A stretch of 64,000 nucleotides of DNA, taken from contig NC_069001.1 of NCBI RefSeq assembly GCF_001194135.2, positions 37,043,581-37,107,580 of the forward strand. Reading direction: 5' to 3'. The stretch's first letter is position 1, and each line of letters begins with the position of its first letter. This stretch comes from Octopus bimaculoides. Its lineage: Eukaryota. Shown one piece after another: positions 38,281-52,250 of this stretch. The notes beneath the pieces were generated by a model. The model made no database searches and had not been told where the DNA came from. It saw nothing but the letters and a program-made list of their open reading frames with translations. The position numbers were made by a program, and so were the translations under genes.

Positions 38281-40822
38281 TACAGTGACTTGGCTTCTGT
38301 TCTGTATGAATTTGTTTGTGTATTGTTAAGAGACTCCAACAGGAGAATGATTTACCACAGATATTACAGTGATATGGCAATCCTCCACTATGAGTCAGTT
38401 TATGCTTTGAGTAGCGGCCAGGATCAGAGAATGATTTACTGCAGATATTACAATGATATGGCTTCTCTCCTGTGTGAATGCGTTTGTGAGTAGTTAAGTT
38501 ACCTGCCTGAGAGAATGATTTACCACAGATATCACACTGATATGGTTTCTCACCAGTATGAATGCGTATGTGTATAATTAAGGCATTTCTATGAGAAAAT
38601 GATTTACCACAAATATCACAGTGATATGGCTTCTCTGTTGTATGAATGAGTTTGTTTGTAGTTAAGTCAGTTGGGACAGAAAAAGATTTACTGCCGTTAT
38701 TACAAGAATATAGTTCTACTCTTTTGTGTTTGGGTTTGTGAGAAGTAAAGTTATCAGTTTGAGAGAATGATTTATCATATACATTGCACTGATTTGTTGT
38801 CTCTCCTGCATGAATACGCATGTGTATAGTTAAAGAATTTCTACAAGAGAAGGATTTACCACAGATATCACAGTCATATAGCTTCCCACTTCTATGCGTA
38901 TGTTTGTGTCTAGTTAAGGCATATTTTTGAGAGAATGGATTATTACAGATATCACAGTAATATAATTTTTCTCTTCTATGAATCAGTTTGTGTTTAGAGA
39001 AGTCACCCGGGTCAGAAAATGACTTGCTACATATCTCACAATATGGCTTCTTTCCAGTATGAATGTGTTTGTGAGTAGCTAAGTTACCTGCCTGAGTGAA
39101 TGATTTACCACAGATAATACATTGATATGGCTTCTCCCCTGTATGAATGCGTATGTGTATAATTAAGGCAGTTCTATGATAAAATGACTTATCACAGACA
39201 TTACAACGATATGGCCTCTCTCCTGTATGAATGCCTTTGTGAGAAGTGAAGTGAGCTAGATTAGAGAATGATTTACCACAGATATCACAGTGATATAGTT
39301 TCCTTTTCTTATGAATGAATTTGTGAGTCATTAAGTTATTAGTCTGAGAAAATGATTTACCACAGACATCACACTGATATGGCTTCTTTCCAGTATGAGT
39401 GCGTTTGTGAGAAGTCAAGTTACCAGCTTGTGCAAATGATTTTCCACAGATGTCACAATGATGCGGTTTCTCTCCAGTATGAATGCGTATGTGTATAATT
39501 AAGGCTTTTCTACGAGAGAAGGATTTACCACAAATGTTACAGTGATAGGGCTTTTCTTCTGTATGAATGCGTTTGTGAAAAGTTAAGTGAGCCAGATTAG
39601 AGAATGATTTACCACAGATATCACAATAATCCAGTTTCTCTCCTATATGAATTTGTTTGTGAATAGTTAAGTTACCAGTCTGAGAGAATGATTTACCGCA
39701 GACATCACAATGATATGGCTTGTCCCCTGTATGAATACGTTTGTGTATAGTTAGGGCATTTTTATGAGAAAATGATTTACTACAGATATCACAGTGATAT
39801 GGTTTTTCTCCCGTATGAATATGTTTGTGTATGGTTAAAGAATTTCTGTGAGGGAATGATTTACCACAGTATTCACAGGGATATAACTTGTCTTCTCTAT
39901 GTATATATTTATGCTTTGTAAACTGACCTGGGTCAGAGAATGATTTACCACAGACATCACAGTGATATGGTTTCTCTCCAGTATGAACATATCTGTGAGT
40001 AGTCAAGTTACCAGCCTGAGAGAATGATTTACCACAGATATCACACTGATATGGCTTCTCTCCTGTATGAACACGTTTGTGTATAGTTAAGAGATTTCTT
40101 TGTGAGAATGATTTACCGCAGATATTACACTGATATATCTTTCCTTCTGTATGAATGATCTTGTGTTTTGCTAAGTAACTTGGTTCAGAGAATGATTTAC
40201 TGCATATATCACAGTGATATAGTTTCCCTCCTGAATGAATACGTTTATGAGTAGATAAGTTACCAGCCTGAGAGAATGATTTGCCACAGATATCACAGGG
40301 ATAAGGTTTCTCTCCAGTATGAGTGCGTTTGTGTATAGTTAGAGCATTACTATGAGAAAAACATTTGCCACAGATATCACAGTGGTATGGCTTCTCTCCT
40401 TTATGAATATGTTTGTGTTTAGTTAACTCACAACTTTCAGAAAATGATTCACCACAAATATCACAGTGATATGGTCTCTCTCCTGTATGAATGTTGCAAT
40501 GTTTGTTTAAGATATTTTCCTGCAAGAATGATGTATCACCAACATCGCACTTATATGGTTTCTCTTGTTTATGAAAACACATGTGTTTAGTCAAGTCTTT
40601 ATTTCTAGTGAATGATTCCTTACAGATTTCACAAAGATATGGTTTGTCTCCTTTATGAACATATTTGTGACTTGTGAAGCTACTTTTTTCAGTGAATGAC
40701 ATTTTACAGATATCACAGTGGTACAATATTTTTCTTGTATCTTTCAAAATTTTATTGGGAAAAGCAATTCTTTCAGACTCTGTTAGGCATTGAGCCTGTT
40801 TCTCGCATAATTCATTTTCCCT
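38270..40822 (-). CDS. ZF7: long C2H2 array (~26 intact fingers); the paralog-equivalent ATG is mutated to AGG
   Basis: The frame is open from AGG-GAA-AAT-GAA-TTA-TGC (40822; equals MENELC of the paralogs) to 38270. The nearest upstream in-frame codon of note is a TAG, with no ATG between. Confidence 0.75.
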   Translation of the reverse strand, partial: RENELCEKQAQCLTESERIAFPNKILKDTRKILYHCDICKMSFTEKSSFTSHKYVHKGDKPYLCEICKESFTRNKDLTKHMCFHKQEKPYKCDVGDTSFLQENILNKHCNIHTGERPYHCDICGESFSESCELTKHKHIHKGEKPYHCDICGKCFSHSNALTIHKRTHTGEKPYPCDICGKSFSQAGNLSTHKRIHSGGKLYHCDICSKSFSEPSYLAKHKIIHTEGKIYQCNICGKSFSQRNLLTIHKRVHTGEKPYQCDICGKSFSQAGNLTTHRYVHTGEKPYHCDVCGKSFSDPGQFTKHKYIHREDKLYPCEYCGKSFPHRNSLTIHKHIHTGEKPYHCDICSKSFSHKNALTIHKRIHTGDKPYHCDVCGKSFSQTGNLTIHKQIHIGEKLDYCDICGKSFSNLAHLTFHKRIHTEEKPYHCNICGKSFSRRKALIIHIRIHTGEKPHHCDICGKSFAQAGNLTSHKRTHTGKKPYQCDVCGKSFSQTNNLMTHKFIHKKRKLYHCDICGKSFSNLAHFTSHKGIHTGERPYRCNVCDKSFYHRTALIIHIRIHTGEKPYQCIICGKSFTQAGNLATHKHIHTGKKPYCEICSKSFSDPGDFSKHKLIHRREKLYYCDICNNPFSQKYALTRHKHTHRSGKLYDCDICGKSFSCRNSLTIHMRIHAGETTNQCNVYDKSFSQTDNFTSHKPKHKRVELYSCNNGSKSFSVPTDLTTNKLIHTTEKPYHCDICGKSFSHRNALIIHIRIHTGEKPYQCDICGKSFSQAGNLTTHKRIHTGEKPYHCNICSKSFSDPGRYSKHKLTHSGGLPYHCNICGKSFSCWSLLTIHKQIHTEQKPSHCNVW

Positions 40823-41959
40823 AATTATTTTCCTTTGATCACTGGTTTTATATATTATTCCAAACAGTTGTCTCTACTGCTATATTTGAAACAATTGTGA
40901 TCTTTGTGGACATCTGAAGATGCTTTAAACTTCCTTGTAAATTTGTCTTGGTTTAATTAGAATGCAAAATCACTTTGAACACATTCTAGACTGCAAGACT
41001 GAGAACAGTTCATAAGACTTATTTTATAGCAATTCAACTGTAAACATCTATGAACAGAAATATATCAATCCTGTACAGAATCTTTCTTTAGTCTTCAAAA
41101 ATTGAGAACAATTTACAGATTTGAAGCAGAAAATTCTTTTGTGCTAGTGCTATCTGGTATTCTGAAATAAGATAGAAACAATATAAGATATAAGAGATAC
41201 TTAAAAGTAAGCGATTTAACAGTGGAAATTTTACATGTCTACACTGACAAACTGTAAATAGCTTTTAGCTAAACAGTTGAGGCTTATCTTTTAAATTTGT
41301 TTTAATATTACATCATACATCTGTGAGCAAATTTTATGTATTTACAGACTAAAGCTATTCCTTCAGTGTGGAGGAGACAGTGGCAAGAGACGGAGTGGAT
41401 ATAGTGAATTACAAAAAGGGGCATTGGTGGTAGAGATGGAAAAACTGCAGGCAGGCTTATCAAATAATGTGCAAATACTATTTTCTGCTAAATCCAATCC
41501 CAAGGTTTTTGGTGGTACAAAGCTGTTGTGTAAAGTGCTTGCCCTAAGAACTACAGTGGGACTGAGCCCAAAGTCATGTGATTAGGATCAATACCATATT
41601 TCTGTGGTTTTCTGACAGTAAATGTTTTCCTGACACACACACATACAAAGTGAAAGCTTTTATAATTAATGTACACACAAAGATGGTTTCATAATCAGTA
41701 CCGTCTTAAGATATGAGCACAATGGGCCATTTTTCACAGTCCCCATGAATCTTGGGGTCAAATGCTAATCTATGTAGGCTGTAGTTGTATATGTAGGGGC
41801 CTCAGTACATTGCTTCCCCTATGGACCTGTGATGTTGCTAAGATGATACCATTTATAATTTGTGTTTACACACCCAAGCATTGTACCTCTGAACTTGCTG
41901 CTATACTCATAAAACTTTGTGTGTCTGACACACATCTATCAAATCTTCCTGCCTACAAG

Positions 41960-42720
41960 CTCCACCCATCTCTCATTCAATAATGCCTTGATTACACCCA
42001 TGTGAAGGTGGAGCTTCTGCTCAACTTTCAATCAACTCAGGTATTCCTGAGTTTAGTTTTGTCCCCACCTCTTCCTTCTGCATAACAATAATCTACTTAC
42101 AATGTTCAATCTTATGCAGATGACATGACATTTCATTCCTCTCAAACTTCCCCTAATAATGCATCATTCACATACACCCTACACATCTTGCACTGATTTC
42201 ATAAATTGAGACCTTGATAGTATCTTTCAGTGGGGCCATACCAACCTCATTTCTTTTAACAGCAAAAAGATTGAAGTACTATTCATAACAAAACACCACT
42301 GCACACACCCTGTATTCAACATGAATGGTACTCAACTAGAGCCCTTACAGTTTCACCATTTGTTGGGCATTTCCGTCTCTGAAGATCTCTCCAGCCATAG
42401 CAAAACTTGGATCAAACATTCCAAATACTGGCCCCTTCTCGTTATGGCCAGAAAAACAAGCAGCCAGCAACTGCTGACAATCTATAAAGCTTATGTGAGC
42501 CCTACAATGGAGTACTGCGCCCTCATTTGAGCTGCTACTGCCACATAGACATCCTGGAATTCATCAAGATAAAAGCCACTTGACTAATATTGATATTCAA
42601 ACACTAACAGACATGCTGTCTCCTCTCTCTTTTCTATCGCTGCTATAATGATCTTTGCTCCTCGAATCAGTCTGTTCCACTCAGCCAACCCATCTTTCCA
42701 CCTCTCGTCACTGTTGGTGC
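41960..42720 (+). mobile_element. Decayed CR1/Jockey-group LINE reverse-transcriptase fragment
   Basis: GIP..S.LSP.LFL-like segment, YADD (tatgcagatgac 42113-42124), LGISVSEDLS and LLTIYKAYVSPTMEYC; many frameshifts. Confidence 0.75.
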
Positions 42721-43003
42721 ATGCTACCCGTCTGCCCCACCCTAAACGTTATATCTAGTATTTTATACCCAGGAAGAATATCGGCGCTCTCGATTCTCCA
42801 TGTCATACCTATAGGTGTTAATCTGTAACCTTTTAAATGGAATATCAAATTCACCGGTTTCGGGGTGGATGGATTCCTATGTTTCAGATGTCGGAGATAA
42901 CGTATATACAAAAAAAACCTTGTTTCTCATAAAATGGTGTATATTTAATTTACATTCAATTATTATTTACGATTATTTAACGCAGGGGGTAAAATTTAAA
43001 TTA

Positions 43004-43005
<2 letters not shown>

Positions 43006-43048
<43 letters not shown>

Positions 43049-43368
43049 NNNNNNNNNNNNNNNNNNNNNNNNNNNNNNNNNNNNNNNNNNNNNNNNNNNN
43101 NNNNNNNNNNNNNNNNNNNNNNNNNNNNNNNNNNNNNNNNNNNNNNNNNNNNNNNNNNNNNNNNNNNNNNNNNNNNNNNNNNNNNNNNNNNNNNNNNNNN
43201 NNNNNNNNNNNNNNNNNNNNNNNNNNNNNNNNNNNNNNNNNNNNNNNNNNNNNNNNNNNNNNNNNNNNNNNNNNNNNNNNNNNNNNNNNNNNNNNNNNNN
43301 NNNNNNNNNNNNNNNNNNNNNNNNNNNNNNNNNNNNNNNNNNNNNNNNNNNNNNNNNNNNNNNNNNNN

Positions 43369-43396
<28 letters not shown>
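43006..43396. repeat. (TA)n and poly-T / gap (N 43049-43368) / poly-A
   Basis: Direct inspection. Confidence 0.9.
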
Positions 43397-43399
<3 letters not shown>

Positions 43400-43814
43400 C
43401 AAGAAATGAAAAAAAAAAAGGGTGGGGTTAGGCAAAAGTTTCGGTAAGTTATTTTAAGAAATATAATTTTAAAATTTCTTTACTACTACAGAATCATAAT
43501 CTTACATGCTGCAAAAATATAAATCTGAAGAAATTGTCGAAAAAGATACGAAGAAACAAAATCGTTTACACGGTTCTTCGACAAATACTCTGTTATATAT
43601 ATATATATATATGAATGAAAGCAGGAAAAAAGATGCTTGCAATAAATAAAATACCTCGTATAATATGTTTGTGTGTGTTGATGAATAGAAGGTGACTAAC
43701 AGAAATATATATACGTGTGTATATGATGATATGGAAGGTAGGTTTAATGTTGCGTGCAAAATTGACTCCAAAACAGATGGAAAAGATTATTTTGTCTAAG
43801 GTGGCAATCTGAGA

Positions 43815-43837
43815 TCAATATCCGGTTGAACATGCGC
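43815..43837 (-). promoter_or_regulatory. Conserved upstream element, copy 7 (ZF7; lies between divergent ZF7 and ZF8)
   Basis: TCAATATCCGGTTGAACATGCGC. Confidence 0.68.
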
Positions 43838-44099
43838 CTTGGCGATTTGCCAGCAGAAGCATGTCTCTGCTACATACATACTCATATGCGCACACATACG
43901 TACACCCAGCTAATATAGCTATTTATCTATCTATTTATAATACAGGGGAAACCGTTTACTGTAATCGTAGACATTATTATCAGTCGGTTATTGATATCTA
44001 AAAATATTCATCCCAAAGTAATCACAAGTAGTATTTATATACTTTCGGATGAAGACAGTCAGCCGTCACTCGCGATAGACTATAGCTTGATAACGTGTA

Positions 44100-44345
44100 C
44101 CGTGCTTTCACTAATTGTTTTAGGTACTTATGAAGTAGCGAGCATTAACACACCATCGGTTCTTCATCCTTGACCCAGCGACACGTCTGCGATGTGAAAG
44201 TTGGAGGGTGAGTGAGAGGTGCATGATAATTCGACTGGCTCTCTTTGAAGTCGAATAGAATGTTACAACGTGAAAGAAAAAAAGTAATCGAACGCCCGAC
44301 CGTAGACTCATGAGCTAAATACTCTAACCAATAGGCCAAATGTCT
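44100..44345 (-). mobile_element. tRNA-derived SINE-like element
   Basis: Minus strand TGGCCTATTGGTTAGAG...GGGCGTTCGATT gives A-box-like and B-box-like motifs. Confidence 0.45.
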
Positions 44346-45859
44346 CTGTAAGACCCTTCTACCTCCCATTTCGTTACCTTATGCCTTATCATTCAGCGGA
44401 CATCCCATAATTCAACTTCCGTTGTGTCAGTATACAAAGATTTTATATCATTTTCAAACTATGAATGACTTTCTGTAAAGAACTGTCATTTATTCTGTGA
44501 TAGCGTTCTGTGAACCCAATTCCATTGACAAGGTATATTTATCTTTAACCCTTTATCTAAACGTCTGCCTACAGAACTTATGCACAAACATTATTAGCTT
44601 CCAATTGTTGGCGAAAACCAACAACTGGAAGCTAATAATGTATAAAGGCCAAGCTACTTTCTTCCAGTTCAAACGTCTTTACTGAACTATTTTTAGATTT
44701 GTATTAATTTATTTTCATTTAACTGTCTTTTCTTCGTTCATTTATTTTATGTTTGTTTTTACTGAGTAACAGTGTAACTAAAGTTACTGGTCGAATGGAA
44801 AGTCGCTTCAGGTCCCTCACTACCATTAAATAAAGTTGAGGACGTAGGCCTTATTCGCTGCTTTCTTGGTAAGGATTTTATGTGTGCAGATTTCTCAAAC
44901 CCATTTCTTTTAAACTGGCAAGTGTTGCTGTTGTCTGATCAGTCCGTCTGATTATTTCCACCCCTCATAGAGTGATATCTGTGAAACCAAGTTAAGTAAA
45001 ACTTCTGCAACACTCCCAGCTTGTTGTTGAGTGATGGAAAGAGAAAATCTCGCATCGTAACTGACAATGTTTCCTTCATACATTATCGCCAAGCTCAGTT
45101 CATAACAAACACATGCAAAGTTGTTCTGTAGGACTAACTACTGTTACATTGTACTCAAATAGTAAATATAAGTGTTTTGAGTAACTTGGTGTGTCTTCTA
45201 ACTTGCACCGGTTCAATAGCCTCCAATAAAGAGCAACAAGGTAAGGACATTAGAACCATTTGACTCTGATGTAAATATCGAAAACCTTTGAAGATGATCT
45301 AAAAAAATCGGATTAGTCCCCTCTGTGAGACTGTGTAAAACGACTGAATCCAGCTCAGGATCCTGACCTGACAATCGAATTTTTCGCTGTCTTGGTTCAT
45401 GAGCTAGGGTTGGCGACTGCGATGTACAGTGATGTTCTCTGCTTTCTGAGAGCCAGTTTGATTTGTACAAGACCGACAGCTTAGTTGGATCCATCATACA
45501 TCAGCCACAAGTTCTTTGTGCAGCATAGTGCTGTTTTCTACTGGAATTCAGAGTTTGTAATGTTGGAATTAATGAATGATGTTTATGTTGCAAAAGTACC
45601 ACATGTTTTTCCCTCTACAATAGTGTTGAGCTAAGTCCTCTAAGATAACCAGAAGACTGGCTCCAAACTGGTCCTATGATTATTTCTATTTATTTCTAGA
45701 AGTAGGATGCACTGCCATAGATAGTACTTCTGAGCTACTTCTATTATGTTTCTGCATCTCCCATTTGTGATTGAGGACCAACCGTGTTTTCAAAGGATTT
45801 TCAGAATGAAGTCTCATATAAGCAGAATGTTCACCAGTGTCAACAGTGGTTCCAGAAAT

Positions 45860-46670
45860 TCTGAGCTGGAAACTACAGCCTCATCCTGAAAGATCTCTAG
45901 AGCAAACCCTGGTGGAACTTAATCCTATCGTAACTGTTGAAGAACTAGCAGAGAAGCTTGGATTTGGTCATTCAACCATTCATTGACACCTGCATACCAT
46001 TGGAACAGTCAGCAAATTGGGTCAGTGGGTTCCTCACAAACTCTTCTTTGCTGTCATGTCTCATGAATGAACCTTTTTCAGAATGAATAGTGACTGATGA
46101 CGAGAAATGGGTTCTCTATAAAAATGTCAAGCGCTGAAGACAGTGGGTAGGGAAAGGAGAAACACTGGTACCCCAGGTTTAAGAAGGCCTTCACCCACGT
46201 TAGGTGTTGTTATCTGTTTGGTAGAAAATGAAAGATTTAGTCCATTTTGAACTTTTAAACGCAAACCAAACAGTAACAAAGATTTACTGCGAGCAACTTG
46301 AGCAACTTAAGTCAGCACTAGAAGAAAAACTGTTTTTGGTTTCAAGATGGAAGGTGTTCTTCCATCAGGATAATTCTTGGCCACAAATAGTGAGGATGAT
46401 ATTCCATAGGCTGGAGCAGTTTGAATGGAAAACAATGTCCCATCCACCATATTCATTGGACATTGTCCCATCTGATTATCATTTATTCCACAGTCTTCAA
46501 AATCATTTGAATGGCAAAAATATGAATCCTGTAGATGAGGTCAGAACAATAGTAGAGTAATTTTTGTTGCAGACAAATGAATTTTGGAAGAGGGGCCTTG
46601 CAAGTCTACCAGATAGATGGAAGAACATTGTAGAAAAATGAAGGAGAGTATATTTTAGATAAAAAAGTAT
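45860..46670 (+). mobile_element. Mariner (DD34D) transposase pseudogene
   Basis: TVEELAEKLGFGHSTI, WVPHKL (46027), IVTDDEKWVLY, FFHQDNS, HPPYSLDIVPSDYHLFHSLQNHL; stops and frameshifts. Confidence 0.88.
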
Positions 46671-47178
46671 AAAAGAACTGCAAGATTTTGGGGATGATCC
46701 GATATATGCAATGTTGCACAAAATGTGAATGTGTAGCAGTAGTCTGTAAATTTGTAGATGCCGTACAAGGTTGTATGATGTAATTTTAATAGCAAATTAA
46801 AATGGAAACCCTAATTGTTCAGCTGAATATTTCTATCTACAGTTTACCAGTGTATAAAAAGAAAATTTCCACTTTTAAATATCCCCTGTAACTTAGTGTT
46901 TCTCTATTATTTCAGAATACCAGATGCCACTGGCATGGAAGAAATCTTTACTTCAGATGTATCATTTATATTTGTCATCTTTTAAAGTGTAAATGAAGAT
47001 GTTGTACAGAACAGACGTAACCCTTTTTATATGAATCTAGAGGTGGAGTTTCTGTGAACTGAGACTAAGATCAAGACATATTGAGAAAGAAGTTTGCAGC
47101 ATTTTCAGATATTAAAAGGAAAAAAGATTAATGGAAATATAGCAGAAATATGTGTTAGGTAAAGATATATAAAAGCAT

Positions 47179-48588
47179 ATGAGAAGAAAAATATCTGTAT
47201 ACTGTTGTGAAAGAAAATATATTATGGAAAATGAATTATGTGAGAATGAGAGTAAATGTAAAACAGAGTCTATAGGAAATGATTTTCCTGTTAGAAGACC
47301 AAAAGAAAAAGGAAAAACATACGAATGTGATATCTGTAAAAAGTCATTTTCCCATAAATGTAACCTAACTACTCACAGACGCATTCATACAGGAGAGAAA
47401 CCATATATATGTAATATTTGTGGGAAATCATTCTATGGAAGTAGTGACTTAACTAGACACAAACGTATTCATACAGGAGAGAAGCCATATCACTGCGATA
47501 TTTGTGGCAAATCATTCTCTCAGAAGGATCAGTTAACTATACACAAACGTGTTCACACAGGAGAGAAACCGTATTGTTGTGATGTCTGTGGTAAATCATT
47601 CTCTCAAAGGAGTCCTTTAACTACTCACAAACGTATTCACACAGGAGAAACCCCATATCATTGTGATATATGTGGTAAATCATTCTCTGTAACAGGACAT
47701 TTAACTACTCATCAACATATTCATACAGGAGGCAAGCCATATCACTGTGATATCTGTGGTAAATTATTCTCTAGAAGTAGTCACTTAACTACTCACAAGC
47801 GTATACATACAGGTGAAAAGCCATATTGCTGTGATGTTTGTGGTAAATCTTTCTCCAAAAGTGGTGATTTAATGCCTCATAAACGTATTCATACAGGGGA
47901 AAAGCCATATCACTGTGATATCTGTGGTGAATCATTTTCTCGGAAAGGTGTCTTAAGTACACACAAACGCATTCATACAGGAGAGAAACCACATCGCTGT
48001 GACACTTGTGGCAAATCATTCTCTCGAAGTAGTCACTTAGCTACTCATAAATATATTCATACTGGAGAGAGGCCATATGACTGTGATATCTGTGGTAAAT
48101 CATTCTCTGAAAGTAGTACCTTGACTAAACACAAACGTATTCATACAGGGGAGAAGCCATATCACTGTAATATTTGTGGCGAATCTTTCTCTCGAAAAGG
48201 TATCTTAACAACACACAAACGCATTCATACAGGAGAGAAACCATATCACTGTGATATCTGTGCTAAATCATTCTCTAGACGTAGTCAGTTACTTACTCAC
48301 CAATATTTGCATTCTGGTGAGAAACCATATCACTGTGATATTTGTAGTAAATCCTTCTCTGAAAGTAGTACTTTAACTAAACACAAGCGCATTCATACAG
48401 GAGAGAAGCCACATCACTGTGGTATCTGTGGCAAATCGTTCTCTCGTAGTGGTGACTTAACTACTCACATACGCATTCATACAGGAGAGAAACCATATCA
48501 CTGTGATGTCTGTGGTGAATCGTTCTCACAGACTGGAAACTTAATTCGACACAAGTATATTCATACAGGAGGAAAACTAGATAACTGA
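47179..48588 (+). CDS. ZF8: C2H2 zinc-finger protein, 15 fingers (paralog-equivalent Met 47224)
   Basis: Leader [16 protein letters not shown] and an intact array. Confidence 0.93.
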   Translation: MRRKISVYCCERKYIMENELCENESKCKTESIGNDFPVRRPKEKGKTYECDICKKSFSHKCNLTTHRRIHTGEKPYICNICGKSFYGSSDLTRHKRIHTGEKPYHCDICGKSFSQKDQLTIHKRVHTGEKPYCCDVCGKSFSQRSPLTTHKRIHTGETPYHCDICGKSFSVTGHLTTHQHIHTGGKPYHCDICGKLFSRSSHLTTHKRIHTGEKPYCCDVCGKSFSKSGDLMPHKRIHTGEKPYHCDICGESFSRKGVLSTHKRIHTGEKPHRCDTCGKSFSRSSHLATHKYIHTGERPYDCDICGKSFSESSTLTKHKRIHTGEKPYHCNICGESFSRKGILTTHKRIHTGEKPYHCDICAKSFSRRSQLLTHQYLHSGEKPYHCDICSKSFSESSTLTKHKRIHTGEKPHHCGICGKSFSRSGDLTTHIRIHTGEKPYHCDVCGESFSQTGNLIRHKYIHTGGKLDN

Positions 48589-49039
48589 TATCTGTACTAA
48601 ATCCCACTCTTAAACATTCACTTGGCTGCACATCTATTCATACAGATGAATATTAATGTCAAAATTTATTCAATGGGAAGAAGAATAAAAACAACAAATT
48701 ATATAACCATAATTGTATTGATAGAGTGACGATATAACAGTGTGACAACAACCTTGTGAGATTATAGTGTATACAACAAATACACCTCTGTTGGTGAAAT
48801 ATTCAAAGTAATTTTTGTGAGAACATAGATTCTGGCTAACTTATTTTCAAAGAAGAGAAAAGATAGATTTGATTTGTCATTGTTGGTAAATAACTGCAAA
48901 ATGTATTGTCTTTAATTAAGTGCAACATCACTAGTACAGTTTGTGGCACGAATAAAATACATAAGCCATAGAAGAAAATATTTCCTCATAACATAATGAG
49001 ATGCATATATAAATAAATGTGATATAGACATTGATTTGT

Positions 49040-49340
49040 GTATCTTTAATCTTTTTACTTGTTTCACCCATTCGATTGTGGCCATGCCGGGGCACCACAT
49101 TCCAAGGTTTAGTTGAACAAATTGCCGCAGTAATTTTATTTTTAAGCCTGGTATTTATGCTATGGTTCTCTTTTGCTGAACTGCTAAGTTGTGGACAGCT
49201 GCATCAAGAAGAACCAATTCCTAATTGTGGAAGGGGTAGACCCAGAAAGACATGGGAGGAAGTGATGAGAAAGGATTTTCGGACTTGGGCCTCACAGAGA
49301 TGACAAAGAACTGAGACTTCTGGTGCCTCGCTGTGCTAAG
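49040..49340 (+). mobile_element. SINE fragment plus RTE LINE C-terminal fragment
   Basis: GRGRPRKTWEEVMRKD, a typical RTE ORF end. Confidence 0.6.
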
Positions 49341-51450
49341 TCAAATCGTGGCTGGACTTGCAAACTGGCATGTCCTCTACATCTCTCTCTAAATCAAGAG
49401 AGTCTTGTCTTATGAGCTCATGTGTGCTCCTTATTCCCAACAACTCTGTGAATCATTGGGATTATATATAGATACGTGTGTATATAAATAAATATATAAG
49501 TATACATATATGTATATGTGTGTATGTATATATATTATATGTTTTTATGTGCTGCTGCTATTTCATGTGATAAGAGCATACCAGACAGTATTTTTTAACA
49601 TATCTGGTGTCCTAGCATAGTCGTCAGCCACTGCCCACATGACATAAAAAACTAAAAACTGGATGATAGGAAGTAGATTTAAAAGGAGCAAGATTGAAAA
49701 ACCGGAAAACGAAAAAGAAGACAAAAGGGAGTGAATTAGAGTTACGTCCCCTTCGAAAGTAAATTTATAACGCTGAACGGATAGTGGCCTAGTGTCTGCA
49801 GCACATCTGTTCAATCTGGCATTTTCCAGTTTGTCAACAAGATAATCAAGTGATGGAAAATACTTAGAAAATTATACAGACAAAATTCTAAATTTGCTTG
49901 GAAAAGCCTCTACACCTAGGAAGCAATCAAGCAGCAAGTTTTTAACTTCCCTTATCCACAGTTCTAACTTGTTGGTGAAAGACTTTAATTTACCTGTAAT
50001 TGTTAAACTAAAAATTGATTAAAATTAACATATAATAATTTATGTAAATTATAAGTAAATCAAAAGTTAAAATTTAGGACTACCAAACAATTTACTTACA
50101 GACAATCCCGGTTTAGATGCAGAAATGTGATATATTGTAACAAAACTGTTGTTCGTCATGTATCAATTTATATTTACCATATTTTACGATTTATATAATT
50201 AATTTATATTTACGCTCAAACTTTGTGAATGTTTTTGGATTGATGTTTCCCAAAAATCCTGAAGATATTTTTTGTGGCACTCCATGAGTCTCTTGCAGCA
50301 CACCATTGTGCCGCGGTACACAGTTTAGCAGACACTGCCTTACACAGACTATATTTTTCTTTAAACACTGATTTTCTAAAGGACATACAATTTTGTTTTT
50401 ACAATTATTCACTTATAAGTGGATAGAAATAGATTCTGCTGAATTTAGCAAGATTATTGGATTGATTATTCTTATCATAGTTCATAATTTTCAAGCACGA
50501 AAACTTGACTCAACTTTGGAGTTTTGGAAATGACATCCCAACTTTTTACACACGCACATGAATACAAAGATCCACATGCACATATATATTAATAATGTCC
50601 ACAAATACATGACAGGTATATGTAATACTGAAATACGCAACCCATAGTGATTCCATGTTTAGAAGTCAATGGCTTAATAAAGTACAACTGTAAAAACTAA
50701 TGTGGAACAAAAACATAGACAAATATGTTAAAATAACAAATTAGAAAAAATAATAAAAACGTACAAAACACTATAGAAATCAATGAAGAGACAAAAGAAA
50801 TAGATCTTTATTTAGAAACCTACAATGAACAGGTCATTTCACAGACACGAAACTATAAATTTCATAGGGTACAACCTGAAAGTTGACACTGCTACAATGC
50901 AGAAAATTTCTGTCTCATTATTGGCTAAAAATACAGTTTTTTCAATTTTTAAATGTCTAACATTTTTGTCAAATTTTTTCTCTACAAGTTCATGGCTTCA
51001 CAGAAATAAGCATGGAAAACTGAAATAACATAACTGATTTTCAGATTTTCTTACTTTCATTCTGTGAACGAAACAAATTACATCCGTTTTACTGATAAAA
51101 GTAGAAAAAACGATTGAATAAAGAACACAATGTCAAGAAAAAAATATGTTGTTTAAATTACAAGTATTGTTTGGCGGTCATTGGGGTGGTCAAGTATATA
51201 GCTACTATACACATAGATATACTATGATACACGTATAAAGATATATATATATATATATATACACAAATACACACTTCCCAAGAACGAATCATGTGAGGGA
51301 ATAAGAAAGTGTATTAGTTGACACTCAAGAAAAATGGAAAAGTCTTTGACATTTCAAGCTCAAGTTCTTCAACAGAAAGGAATGACGTAAGAAATGGAGA
51401 GAGAGAGAGAGAGAGAGAGAAACAAAAAGTAAAGAGTAAAAAGGTATGTA

Positions 51451-51660
51451 TCATCATCATCATCATCGTTTAACGTCCGCTTTCCATGCTGGCATGCGTT
51501 GGACGATTTGACTGAGGACTGGCGAACCAGATGGCTACACCAGGCTCTAATCTGATCTGGCAGAGTTTCTACAGCTGGATGCCCTTCCTAACGCCAACCA
51601 TTCTGAGAGTGTAGTGGGTGCTTTTATGTGCCAACGGCACGACGGCCAGTCAGGCAGTAC
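51451..51660 (-). mobile_element. RTE-type 3' tail with (GAT)n
   Basis: catcatcatcgtttaacgtccgctttccatgctggcatg...gtttctacagctggatgcccttcctaacgccaacc. Confidence 0.7.
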
Positions 51661-52109
51661 TCAGGTGGTGTATTTATAAAAATTTTCAGAATTCAAAAGA
51701 ACTAAGTATTTAACTAGTAAAAACACTCAGGTAGAGTCAGGGATAGCACACCTGTGTACCGACAACGTATACTGACATATACCATATTTTAACGAGTATA
51801 AAGAACACTTTTTTTGTCAAAAATTAGGTTTAAAAAAATATTAGTTTCTTATACATGGATAGTATTATAATCCCTTTCAAAACCTTTTTTTCAAATTTTA
51901 ATCCCGCCAAATTAGGTTCCTGATACACGTTAAAATATGGATTTGCCCTTGCAGTTATGCATACATTCACAAGTAACTGACTGAAAACACAATGTGCCAA
52001 CAATGTCATACCAGGGCACACTCGCTGCATGTATTCCACTTTGACTATAGACTCCTGGCAACAACCACAACTATGATTCACAGGTGCTATTTGCATGGCA
52101 CTGTCAATG

Positions 52110-52250
52110 AGCAGAAATATCAATGAGACATCTGAAGTAAGAAATACTTTTATGGCAATGTCAGCTGGTATTTCTAAAATAATAGAGAAACAGTATAAGA
52201 TGTAAGGGATACTAAAAAGCAGAGATTAAACAGTGGAAAATTTACTTTGA
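52110..52250 (-). other. Orphan copy of the ZF intron end / splice acceptor / exon start, with no coding sequence
   Basis: Same as the paralog acceptor block (cagtggaaaattt..gatact.aaaa..ttattttAG|aaataccagctgacattgccataaaagtatttc), abutting the ZF9 stop. Confidence 0.75.

Noticed and set aside
43840-46860. A separate copy of the conserved upstream element for ZF8
   Set aside because: Searched by eye on both strands and none was found, so the motif is not universal unless 43815 is shared.
51830-52123. 97-aa ORF after the orphan acceptor as a new gene
   Set aside because: Starts at TTG, has no recognisable domain, and only its first bases are homologous to the ZF 5'UTR.
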